From an uncultured Dehalococcoidales bacterium (lineage in GTDB: Bacteria > Chloroflexota > Dehalococcoidia > Dehalococcoidales > DAOVUZ01), in assembly GCA_964595695.1 (NCBI GenBank), contig CAZQRE010000001.1, forward strand, positions 1-37,818: DNA of 37,818 nucleotides. Direction: 5' to 3'. The translations under genes were made by a program, and so were the position numbers. Below, piece by piece: positions 8,855 to 17,218 of this stretch. Below the pieces are notes generated by a model. The model was not told the origin of the DNA and searched no databases. It saw nothing but the letters and a program-made list of their open reading frames with translations. Each line of letters opens with the position of its first letter. Positions within the stretch are counted from its first letter, which is position 1.

Positions 8855-10816
8855 TTATTTCACTGCCTTCTCAGAGAGAAGGTGCTCTAGGTGAGGGAAC
8901 TTATCCTTCATATGGGGCAACCACATGGCCTGAGCAAAAACCTTGTCAAAATCCGGCTCCACAGTTAACTCTACATATTCCACCTGTCTTGCTATCCAGT
9001 CGGCTTCTTTCCTCTTGTCCACATTGAGGAGGGCTACGCGGGCGCCATCGCCGGCGGCATTACCCACGGAATAGACATTCTCCAAATCACAACTGGGGAA
9101 AAGGCCAAGAACCGCCGCTGATTCCTTGTCGATGAAACTGCCAAAGGCTCCAGCCAGAATGACCTTGTCCAGTTTATCCACACCCAGGTGACGCATCATC
9201 AGCTTGGCTCCAGCATACATAGCCCCTTTGGCTAGTTGTATAGCCCTCACATCAGCTTGGCAAACCACGATATCTTGGCCAATAGAGGTTTCTTTTGCCC
9301 AGGCGATTACGAATTCTCCGCCACCCTCATCAAGGTGGAAACGGGGGTGCTTCAAATCCTGGTTAAAACGTCCAGTGTGGTTGATAATACCCGCCAGGAA
9401 CAATTGAGGCACGACATCAATTATTGCCGAGCCGCAGATACCATTGGCCCCTATGTCATCCACCTCTGTATTCCAGTCCTCCCTACCGATAACCTTGAAG
9501 CGCACCTCCTTAGTCTCCTTATCTATCGCTATCTTCTCGATAGCCCCCGGAGCGGCACGACACCCAAACTTTATCTCGGCTCCCTCAAACGCCGGCCCGG
9601 TAGCACAGGAGGAGGAAATAAGCTTTTTTCGGTTGCCCAAGATTAGCTCGCCATTAGTGCCGATATCGATGACAAGTTCTATAGCATCCTGGTCGTAGGG
9701 CCTCTCGGCGAGGAGCACCCCGACATTATCCGCCCCGACAAAGCCTGCCTCAATAGGCAGGATATGAACATAAGCCCCCGGGGCTATCTTGAGTCCCAGG
9801 TCTCTGGTCTTTATATCTACGGAGTGGTGTCGGGCAGGAGGGAAAGGACACATGCCAATATACTGAGTATCAAGAGCCATAAAGAGATGGTGCATGCAAG
9901 TATTGCCGACTGCGGTCATGTCAACGATATCATGCCGCTTGATGCCTGCCGCAGCAGCCGCTCGCCCCGCGATTTTATTGAGACCCTTAACTATCTCGGC
10001 ACACATTATCTCGGCGCCGTCCTCGTGGGTCATATTGTAGGTAATACGGGACATCACATCTTCACCGTAAATTACCTGCGGATTCATCATGGATTCGGTG
10101 GCTACCACCTCGCCACTGGACAGGTCGCACAGGTAACCAACTACCGTGGTGGTGCCTATGTCGAAAGCTATACCATAACTCTTTTCGACACGTCCCGGCT
10201 CTATTAAGATAATCTCTTTATCCTGCCATACCGATACCGTTACCTTCCAGTCGCCCTTGCGCACAACTTTCTGCTCAGTCAGCAGTGCCTGATAGTCAAG
10301 AGTGAGGTCCTTCAAGCCATAGTGTTTAGTAAGTTCCGCCTGTATACGCTCAAAGTCGCCCAGAGTGTCCTCCAAGGTAGCCTTCTTTAGCTCCACATAG
10401 TATTTCTTCACCGCTGGCTTCACCACAAGCCAGGGTATCTCCCTGGCTGCTTTGCGCACAATCTGCTTTGCCAGCCGGCTCTCCTCAGGGACGAAGACCA
10501 TAACATCGCCATGGACCCAAGCCTGACAAGCCAGCCGGTAACCTTCCTTCGCCATATGTTCACTGATAAACTTCCTCTCCGGTTGCGTTAGCGGTGTGAT
10601 ATTACTCCCTTTGGAGTCAATATGGTATTTCTCGAAGAACCCCTCTTCTATCCTAACCTTACACTTGCCGCAGGTAGCCTTTTCACCGCAGACGCCTTCT
10701 ATGTCCACACCCAGCGCTACCGAAGCCTCCTTGATATTTTTCCCATCTTCAATCTCGCCTCTACGACCCGATGGTAGAAAGATAATCCTGTGCTTTTGGT
10801 TCTCCTTTTCCGGCAT
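8855..10816 (-). CDS. RACo-type corrinoid reductive activase (N-terminal 2Fe-2S ferredoxin plus ASKHA ATPase, DUF4445-like)
   Basis: 653 aa with the N-terminal Cys cluster CGEKATCGKCKV. ASKHA phosphate motifs are present (FDIGTTTV, IDIGTNGE). Confidence 0.8.
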   Translation of the reverse strand: MPEKENQKHRIIFLPSGRRGEIEDGKNIKEASVALGVDIEGVCGEKATCGKCKVRIEEGFFEKYHIDSKGSNITPLTQPERKFISEHMAKEGYRLACQAWVHGDVMVFVPEESRLAKQIVRKAAREIPWLVVKPAVKKYYVELKKATLEDTLGDFERIQAELTKHYGLKDLTLDYQALLTEQKVVRKGDWKVTVSVWQDKEIILIEPGRVEKSYGIAFDIGTTTVVGYLCDLSSGEVVATESMMNPQVIYGEDVMSRITYNMTHEDGAEIMCAEIVKGLNKIAGRAAAAAGIKRHDIVDMTAVGNTCMHHLFMALDTQYIGMCPFPPARHHSVDIKTRDLGLKIAPGAYVHILPIEAGFVGADNVGVLLAERPYDQDAIELVIDIGTNGELILGNRKKLISSSCATGPAFEGAEIKFGCRAAPGAIEKIAIDKETKEVRFKVIGREDWNTEVDDIGANGICGSAIIDVVPQLFLAGIINHTGRFNQDLKHPRFHLDEGGGEFVIAWAKETSIGQDIVVCQADVRAIQLAKGAMYAGAKLMMRHLGVDKLDKVILAGAFGSFIDKESAAVLGLFPSCDLENVYSVGNAAGDGARVALLNVDKRKEADWIARQVEYVELTVEPDFDKVFAQAMWLPHMKDKFPHLEHLLSEKAVK

Positions 10817-10830
10817 AGTTCCCTTCCTTC

Positions 10831-10869
10831 CTATTTGTATTTTCTATTTGTATTTTCTATTTGTATTTT
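10831..10869. repeat. three perfect tandem copies of the 13 bp unit CTATTTGTATTTT
   Basis: Read directly: units at 10831-10843, 10844-10856 and 10857-10869. They lie immediately upstream of the activase ribosome-binding site on the minus strand. Confidence 0.95.
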
Positions 10870-11039
10870 TGATGGCATACTACCTGTGTTCTATAGTCTC
10901 GAACCGACAACAATATCTCGCGCCCAGGCAAATCCCGCCTCTACTGCATTAATGACAGTAGTAGGCAGCGCACCCATGCCTTGGGCTCGTTCCATCCTAT
11001 CTTAGTGCCATAGCACCTTCGTTTTCTGTCTTTTGTGGG

Positions 11040-11729
11040 CTATTTCTTACTTGCCGCCGCCTCTTCTTCCTTCAGCATTCCAATCAGCCTCATCGCTTCA
11101 TCAACCGCCGTCCCAGCACTTTCCGCATATCCGTCAGCATCATATTTTTTCGCTACATCCGGGTTTATCGGAGCACCGCCTATCATAATGCGGCACCTGG
11201 GATTTTTCGCCCTTATCATCTCGATGACTTTTGGCATACCCAGCATGCTGGTCGTCATCATAGCCGACATAGCCACGATTTCAGAATCAGTCTTTAGCTG
11301 CTCCTCGACAAACTTTTCAAGTGGCACATCCCTTCCCAGGTCGAAGACATTCCAGCCAGCAACGTCAAACATCATCTTGATCAAGTTCTTGCCGATGTCG
11401 TGAACATCGCCCTCAACAACACCAATGACTACTGTCCCCGCCACTTTTGATTTTCTTCCTGAGGCAACGATGGCCGGCTTTAAGATGTCCAACCCGGCAT
11501 ACAGCGCATCGGCACACATCAGCAGTTCCGGGACAAAGTACTCCTTTTTGTTATATAGGTCGCCTACCGCCACCATCCCATCAGCCAGACCGTCCATTGT
11601 TGCCACGTAGGGGTCTACACCTTCATCCATGGCAGTGTGGCAAAGCTCCACGACTTTGTCCTCATCAAAAGCCACCACCGCTTCATGAAGTCCTTTCAGT
11701 AATTCCTTGGTTCTCTCCTCTGAAGCCAA
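11040..11729 (-). CDS. cobalamin-binding corrinoid protein (MtaC/MtbC family)
   Basis: 229 aa with the DxHxxG motif (GDVHDIGKN) and an N-terminal helical cap domain. TTG start after AAGGAGGGAG. Confidence 0.85.
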   Translation of the reverse strand: MASEERTKELLKGLHEAVVAFDEDKVVELCHTAMDEGVDPYVATMDGLADGMVAVGDLYNKKEYFVPELLMCADALYAGLDILKPAIVASGRKSKVAGTVVIGVVEGDVHDIGKNLIKMMFDVAGWNVFDLGRDVPLEKFVEEQLKTDSEIVAMSAMMTTSMLGMPKVIEMIRAKNPRCRIMIGGAPINPDVAKKYDADGYAESAGTAVDEAMRLIGMLKEEEAAASKK

Positions 11730-11762
11730 TTTTCTCCCTCCTTTTTATTTTTGATTTGAGAT

Positions 11763-11791
11763 ACTATAGTTAACTTTAAAGCTTTTGTCAA
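11763..11791 (-). promoter_or_regulatory. sigma70-type promoter of the corrinoid methyltransferase operon
   Basis: Minus strand reads TTGACA (11791-11786), a 17 nt spacer, then TATAGT (11768-11763), about 35 nt upstream of the start codon. Confidence 0.55.
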
Positions 11792-11815
11792 CGCTGAGGA
11801 TTTTCTCAGGTTGTG

Positions 11816-11873
11816 TTCAAACCTTGGTTACTTTTCAGCTCACCTCCTTAAGAAAGATTACACTTCCACCCCC
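11816..11873 (-). repeat. conserved ~58 nt promoter-upstream module, copy 2
   Basis: Minus strand GGGGGTGGAAGTGTAATCTTTCTTAAGGAGGTGAGCTGAAAAGTAACCAAGGTTTGAA. See copy 1 at 4122-4179. Confidence 0.7.
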
Positions 11874-12214
11874 CCTGCCAAGTGGGGGGTTTGTAGCTAA
11901 ATCCTACCCTATTTCTGGGTATGGATATCTTCTATGACGAAACTATCCTCTCATAGACTTCAGTTTAGTCTGTGCCACCAGTAAGCCTTCTAATCTCCTA
12001 GCTCGCACCTGACCACTAACATTGCCTGATGGTGGTATTCTGTAACAGCTCTAGGGGGCACCGCCTCACTCTGGTATAGTTTAGACCCCACATCATCATC
12101 TGGGAGAAAGCCAAATCTAACCTCGCCCTTATACTTTGTGCCTTTCAAACCTTAGTGAAAATATAGCTACGTGCTCTCTCGCAACCCGCTCTTCCCTTTG
12201 CCTCAAACCATAAA

Positions 12215-12244
12215 AATTATAAGCCGTCTCTAACTTCTTTGTCA
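12215..12244 (-). promoter_or_regulatory. consensus sigma70 promoter with no obvious downstream gene
   Basis: Minus strand reads TTGACA (12244-12239), an 18 nt spacer, then TATAAT (12220-12215). The spacer resembles that of the pylCD promoter at 22293-22322. Confidence 0.5.
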
Positions 12245-12267
12245 ATAGGCGAATAACTTCCCGGCTA

Positions 12268-12563
12268 CAATTTGACCCCGACGAGAATAGTCCCCTGACC
12301 CCACACATCAACCCCTTTAAAATAGCCATTTTTCAAGAATAAATCACAAGGTGTGCTGGGATTAGCGTAAATAATGGAGTGATATGAAAAATCGCTTCCC
12401 TCCAGGATACACCATTCCGCCGGGAGGCACGGGATGTCAAAACAGCAGACCTTCTTTATGATATCCTGGGGAAAAGATACCCTGTCCTTGTAAATAACAA
12501 AATCATCGAGCATAAACCAGACATTTTCCTTTTTTTTCAGCCTGGCGATGGTTTCCTCATCCT
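12268..12563 (-). pseudogene. truncated duplicate of an internal part of the 17219-18451 gene
   Basis: About 296 bp is roughly 95 percent identical to 17865-18159. One extra C in the C-run at 12298-12302 shifts the frame. No N- or C-terminal parts of the gene are present. Confidence 0.85.
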
Positions 12564-12652
12564 TGTGGTGGTCTCCCTTTAGGTGAGCCTAGTCTATTTT
12601 CCTACCTTTGACAAGCACCAAACTTGTCACGCACCGACCTTGATGAAGGGTA

Positions 12653-12681
12653 TTGACAAAAAGCGATTCTTGTGGTAAAAT
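12653..12681 (+). promoter_or_regulatory. sigma70-type promoter for mtaB-mtaC
   Basis: TTGACA (12653-12658), a 17 nt spacer, then TAAAAT (12676-12681). It is followed by a ~280 nt leader. Confidence 0.5.
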
Positions 12682-12968
12682 TCTTTTCATCTATATTTAC
12701 CTTTATATTTACCTTAAAATTTCATTTACTTAAATATGTCTTCTACTTTCCTGAAGATCCAAGGGAGGTGGGGGGGTATGACAAGGAACCACGTAGGGAA
12801 CCGCGTAGAGAAGAATTCTACATTACTTCTTTAGGCGGTTTTTTGTTTAATTGCCCTCCCAGGTAGCAAAGTTGTGAATTACAGAAGAAAGGAGGTGATA
12901 GCCAAGAAGTTTAAATTAAAAGTTAAATAGGTAGGAACAAGCTATTTATCAAATAAAGGAGGAAAAAA

Positions 12969-14351
12969 ATGGCAAGAAAACCAATTAGTGCCATGGCTTA
13001 CAAGAGCGGTGACGAGATGATTTTCGGAACTGCCAAGGTCCCGGTTACCACCAAACGGGGATTGAAGATGGGGGGAGGGTTCGTTCATCCCCAGGTGGTC
13101 CCCCACCCCAGGCCGGGCAGTGAAAAGACTCTGAAGACCCTGCTGCGGGAGTATGAAAAGGCCAACGGAGATGCCTTGGAAAGAATGCCCATCGTGGGAC
13201 ATCCCACTCTGGTTATTGAAAATGAGCATATCTACCAGATGACCCACAATCCCACATGGGGCGGAGAGATTGCTGCCCAGACAGCCAAGCAGATGGATGA
13301 TTACCTGGCTAAGTATGGCTTAATTGCAAGTCAGCAGGCCACTATCGCCGACCTTCGCCGGCCAGAAAATGTCCACATGCGGACAAGCGACTATACCATG
13401 GAAATGTTGGAATCCTTTAAAGCGTGCTCCAAGTATGCCGACGTTGTCTGCATCGAGTCCACGGGTGGGAAGGAGGTCTTTGACTACGCTCTCCTCCGCC
13501 AGGATATCGGTGGTATTCTATTCGGCATAGGTTACCTGGGCTGCCTAGACATGGAGTGGATGTGGAATCAGATTGTAGCTATTTGCAAGGAGAATAAGTG
13601 CATTGCTGGTGGGGACACCAACTGCTCAGAGGCAAACACAGCTATGTTCATGGCGGGGGGTATGACCTCCAAGGATGTGCCTCATGTATTTGCCGCTCTA
13701 GCCCGGAGCATCGCTGCCGCCCGGACCTTGGTAGCCTATGAGTGTGGTGCTACTGGACCCGGCAAGGACTGCGCCTATGAGAATCCCATCATCAAGGCCA
13801 TGACCGGAGTACCTATCACCACTGAGGGCAAGGTTAGTGCTTGCGCCCACTCCGACCTGGCCAGCAACCTGATTGCTGCCGTATGTGATCTCTGGAGCAA
13901 CGAGGCCGTGGAATATCACGATATGTTCGGTGCCACCACCACCTCGGTCTTCGCTGAGATACTCGGTTACGACTGCGCAATGTTCAACAGTGCCATCGAA
14001 TTGGGTTATCAGAAAGAGATGAAAGAGATCCTAGTCAACTCTGACATATTCCGAGATTCCCACAGCCTGATTGTGGCGCCCGATAATGCCTGGGAGATAG
14101 GCAATGCCATCGTCGCCAACACGGCTAAGGGATACTACCCCAGAGCCAGGGCTGCAGCAATGAAGGCAGGTAGTATCATCCTGGCTGAACCTAGGATGAA
14201 ACTGACCGCCTTTGAGAAAGAAACCTTACAGAAGGCGATGAAGGATATGGAGGCTCTTCCTGCGGATGAAGGAAACTTTGTTGATATGTGTTTGACGAAA
14301 TACAAAAAAGATGTGAAGGGCTTTAATCCAGATTCCTATGGGTTGAAATAA
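12969..14351 (+). CDS. mtaB: methanol:corrinoid methyltransferase
   Basis: 460 aa, collinear with Methanosarcina MtaB as I recall it. Shared segments include SAMAYKSGDEM, ESTGGKEVFDYA, GPGKDCAYEN, CAHSD and DMCLTKYKKDVKGFNPDSYG. Strong ribosome-binding site AAAGGAGG. Confidence 0.9.
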   Translation: MARKPISAMAYKSGDEMIFGTAKVPVTTKRGLKMGGGFVHPQVVPHPRPGSEKTLKTLLREYEKANGDALERMPIVGHPTLVIENEHIYQMTHNPTWGGEIAAQTAKQMDDYLAKYGLIASQQATIADLRRPENVHMRTSDYTMEMLESFKACSKYADVVCIESTGGKEVFDYALLRQDIGGILFGIGYLGCLDMEWMWNQIVAICKENKCIAGGDTNCSEANTAMFMAGGMTSKDVPHVFAALARSIAAARTLVAYECGATGPGKDCAYENPIIKAMTGVPITTEGKVSACAHSDLASNLIAAVCDLWSNEAVEYHDMFGATTTSVFAEILGYDCAMFNSAIELGYQKEMKEILVNSDIFRDSHSLIVAPDNAWEIGNAIVANTAKGYYPRARAAAMKAGSIILAEPRMKLTAFEKETLQKAMKDMEALPADEGNFVDMCLTKYKKDVKGFNPDSYGLK

Positions 14352-14389
14352 TAAGAGAGGGGACATCCAATCAAAAAGGAGGGAAAAAG

Positions 14390-15139
14390 ATGAAACTATT
14401 GACAGATTACTCTAACATCTTTAAACGCTACGACCTTGCTCTGGAGGTAGCAAAGGAGGCGGCACGCGTAGTCTCCAAAGACCCCATTATGCAAGAGGTT
14501 GCCAGCTTCGTGGTTAAAGGTGATGACGAAGGGATTGCCCCTGCAGTCAAAAAGGCTTTAGCGTCCAAAGCGCCTACGGCTATTATTAGTGAAGGGCTTG
14601 TCAGCGGCATGGATGAAGTGAGCCGGCTGTGGGATGAGGGCGTTTATTTCTTGCCCCAGGTTATTCTCGCCGCCGATGCCATGAACGCCGGCATCGCCCT
14701 TTGCGAGAAAGCCATGGGCAAACCCATGGATAGGAAGGGCAAAGTGGTTACCCATACTGCCGAGGGGGATATCCACGACATCGGTCAGGTTATTGCCAAC
14801 GCTCTCTTCAATGCTGGTGGTTTTGAAGTTATCAATCTGGGGTGTGATGTTCCGGTAGATAAGGTTGTAGCCACAGTTAAAGAGCATAAACCGCTCCTGG
14901 TCACCGGAACAGCCCTAATGACCACCACCATGACTGCCTTTCCCAGGATTTGCCACATACTTAAGGCAGCGGGAATTAATATCCCCTTTATCAGCGCTGG
15001 GGGGGCGGTCGCCCCAGAGTGGGCAACCGGTTATGATTTGAGTGTTTACGCCAAGGAGGATAGCCAGGCATGCCCATTAGCCTCGGATGCCCTAGCCGGT
15101 ATGAGTTGGCAGGATATGCGGGCTAAGTGGAACGCCTAA
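14390..15139 (+). CDS. mtaC: methanol corrinoid protein
   Basis: 249 aa with the DxHxxG motif (GDIHDIGQ), directly downstream of mtaB. Confidence 0.85.
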   Translation: MKLLTDYSNIFKRYDLALEVAKEAARVVSKDPIMQEVASFVVKGDDEGIAPAVKKALASKAPTAIISEGLVSGMDEVSRLWDEGVYFLPQVILAADAMNAGIALCEKAMGKPMDRKGKVVTHTAEGDIHDIGQVIANALFNAGGFEVINLGCDVPVDKVVATVKEHKPLLVTGTALMTTTMTAFPRICHILKAAGINIPFISAGGAVAPEWATGYDLSVYAKEDSQACPLASDALAGMSWQDMRAKWNA

Positions 15140-15160
15140 TAAGGTAGGAATGCTATAGGG

Positions 15161-16156
15161 ATGATTGTTGATATTGTTTTCGGTTTCTTGGGTTCTGGCA
15201 AAACTACTCTTATCGCCAAGATTCTCAAGGAATGGGGACAGGATGAAAAAATTGTAGTGTTGGTAAATGAGTTCGGCGAGGTGGGTATAGATGGCGATCT
15301 GTTAGCCAGTCAGGACGCTCAAGTAGTAGAAATGCCCAGCGGCTGTATCTGTTGCACCCTTCAAACAAACTTTAGGTCTCAGTTGTTGGATATAAGCCAA
15401 ACCTTTAATCCGCAGAGGGTAATTATTGAGCCGACTGGGGTAGCTCAGATAACTCAGATTATGTACATCATACACGCCGAATTATTCAAGGATATCATCA
15501 AAGAGACTCATAACATCCTGATTACCGATGCTACCAATTTCATCAGTTTTTATAGACGCAACCGACATTTTGTTGAGTCTCAGGTAAGAAATGCCCATGT
15601 GGTTTTGTTAAATAAATGTGATAAAGTCAAAAAAATAGAGGCTGCGGTTACTAAAGATGCTATATCGGCGATCAATCCCAAGGTTCCTGTTCTAATGACC
15701 GAGTTTGGGGCAGTGGAGTGGGGTGAATACCAATCAGCCCTCTCCGCTGCTCCTTTCTTGTCCACGGATTTTGAAGTGGAAATGGCTTCTCCGATAGAGG
15801 AAGTAGAAGAAGAGGGACTTATCCACATCCACGAGGGTGAAGATGCGTTAGGCTATGAATCCTTTGGCTGCGTTTATGAGCTTTCTTTTGACCGGCTTGA
15901 ACTGGAAAAGCTGTTTCAAGAGTTGTTAAATTCTACCCTTTTGGGGGAGGAAATAGTCAGAGCCAAAGGAATATTCAAGGTCGATAACCAATGGGTGGTG
16001 GGACAACTTGCCTCAGGAGATGTTTCCTGGCAAGAAGTTAAAAGTGCCCAACAGAGTAAAATCTCAATAATCGGGAGAAACCTAAAAAAGGAACTGATTG
16101 GGGCCGCCGTCAACCGCTGTTTAGCCGGGCGTAGCGGTAAGAAGGTCATTTCCTAA
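15161..16156 (+). CDS. CobW/COG0523-family G3E GTPase (metallochaperone-like)
   Basis: Walker A motif GFLGSGKTTL, the CxCC motif (GCICC) and the NKCD guanine-specificity motif. Confidence 0.8.
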   Translation: MIVDIVFGFLGSGKTTLIAKILKEWGQDEKIVVLVNEFGEVGIDGDLLASQDAQVVEMPSGCICCTLQTNFRSQLLDISQTFNPQRVIIEPTGVAQITQIMYIIHAELFKDIIKETHNILITDATNFISFYRRNRHFVESQVRNAHVVLLNKCDKVKKIEAAVTKDAISAINPKVPVLMTEFGAVEWGEYQSALSAAPFLSTDFEVEMASPIEEVEEEGLIHIHEGEDALGYESFGCVYELSFDRLELEKLFQELLNSTLLGEEIVRAKGIFKVDNQWVVGQLASGDVSWQEVKSAQQSKISIIGRNLKKELIGAAVNRCLAGRSGKKVIS

Positions 16157-16365
16157 TCATGTTGCCACCCTGTGTTACCCAAAGTGGATAGGACGGACAA
16201 AACTGGCTCCAACGGATGTTTTGGGGACTGCCGGGAAAGTTCGAGCCAGGGCAGGAGTGTTTATGGTGATGATAAACACTCATTAGGATTGAGGTTCATC
16301 ACTTTTTAGAATTTATACCTGAACGACATAAATTTTTCAATCCATCAAGAAAAGGAGGTAAGAAA

Positions 16366-16878
16366 ATGACATTGTTAGCACCAATACTTATGGCAATTAG
16401 CCTTATGTGGATACCGATAGGATTACTTTTATTGGGCAAAGGTGAGGCTAAATCAACAGGTGTTCTTACCCTTATGGTGGGCACACTGGTAATAGTATCC
16501 TCGATCTTTATGGCAACCACTGAAGGGGGCTTTTTCGCTGCTGCCCTACTCTTCACATACGGGCTCTTTTACAACATCGTCGGTTACGTCCTATATACCG
16601 GACAGACAGATGTAAGGACCGCGGGCAATGCTAGTATTGTGGTAGGCTTAATAACCATTGCCTACATAATTATCTGTTTAGCCGGTCCCGAGGCCTTAAG
16701 AAGCGACTACCTGGCGTTGGGTTGCGCTGGATACTTGGTTCTCTATATCATGTGCTGGCTCTTCTTTTACGGCAAGTTCTCCGCCAAGACCTTAGGTTGG
16801 TCACTAATAATATGGACGTTTGTCGGTCTCTGGTGGCCTGCTTTCTCGCTACTGACTACGGGTGCACTGCCATTTTAG
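16366..16878 (+). CDS. small six-helix membrane protein, AmiS/UreI-family channel-like
   Basis: 170 aa and hydrophobic. KSTGVLTLMVGTLVI and the C-terminal W-rich helix resemble UreI as I recall it (KSTAVMNFFVGGLSI). Good ribosome-binding site AAAGGAGG. Confidence 0.5.
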   Translation: MTLLAPILMAISLMWIPIGLLLLGKGEAKSTGVLTLMVGTLVIVSSIFMATTEGGFFAAALLFTYGLFYNIVGYVLYTGQTDVRTAGNASIVVGLITIAYIIICLAGPEALRSDYLALGCAGYLVLYIMCWLFFYGKFSAKTLGWSLIIWTFVGLWWPAFSLLTTGALPF

Positions 16879-17218
16879 CTAGGCCCGCAAAGGGAGGTTC
16901 ACCGAACACCTTATTATTCGTGTAAGCAGTGATAGGCGGTGATTTGGTGTGCCTCCCTTTGGCTTGTGTGTCATGGTCGCCCAATTCATTTACCCTGGAC
17001 TGGGAGGGTAACTACAAAAATCATCACCCCAAGGTTACAAAGTTAATAGAGGGAAAACCGAGGGTAGGGGTGGTTCTGACCAAAATTGTGCTGTTCCGAG
17101 ATTGCTATGATTCATCTCGGCGGATGAATATTCACCCATCTGGACCCTCATAAGAGTCGGCCTAATTCGTGATTCTTGTTTAATTGTCAAGTCGTAGGTA
17201 ATGTATTTTGGGGCAGAT

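Noticed and set aside
10831-10869. Tandem repeats as a CRISPR array (also 31985-32018 and 36790-36825)
   Set aside because: The units are 13-17 bp, contiguous without spacers, and present in only 2-3 copies, so they are not CRISPR-like.
2866-11773. The many 60-150 aa ORFs antisense to or overlapping the methyltransferase, activase and corrinoid genes. The same applies within pylC, pylD, ramA, the VWA gene and the Rh gene.
   Set aside because: They are shadow ORFs inside long, well-supported genes. They lack ribosome-binding sites and their compositions (rich in Ser, Pro, Arg, Leu) are typical of off-frame translation.
12672-12866. 64 aa ORF in the mtaB leader, and similar short ORFs in non-coding stretches (16929-17153, 24135-24332, 36326-36508, 37127-37372)
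   Set aside because: They have no ribosome-binding sites and their composition is low-complexity or biased. They overlap promoters, leaders or the opposite strand of real genes.
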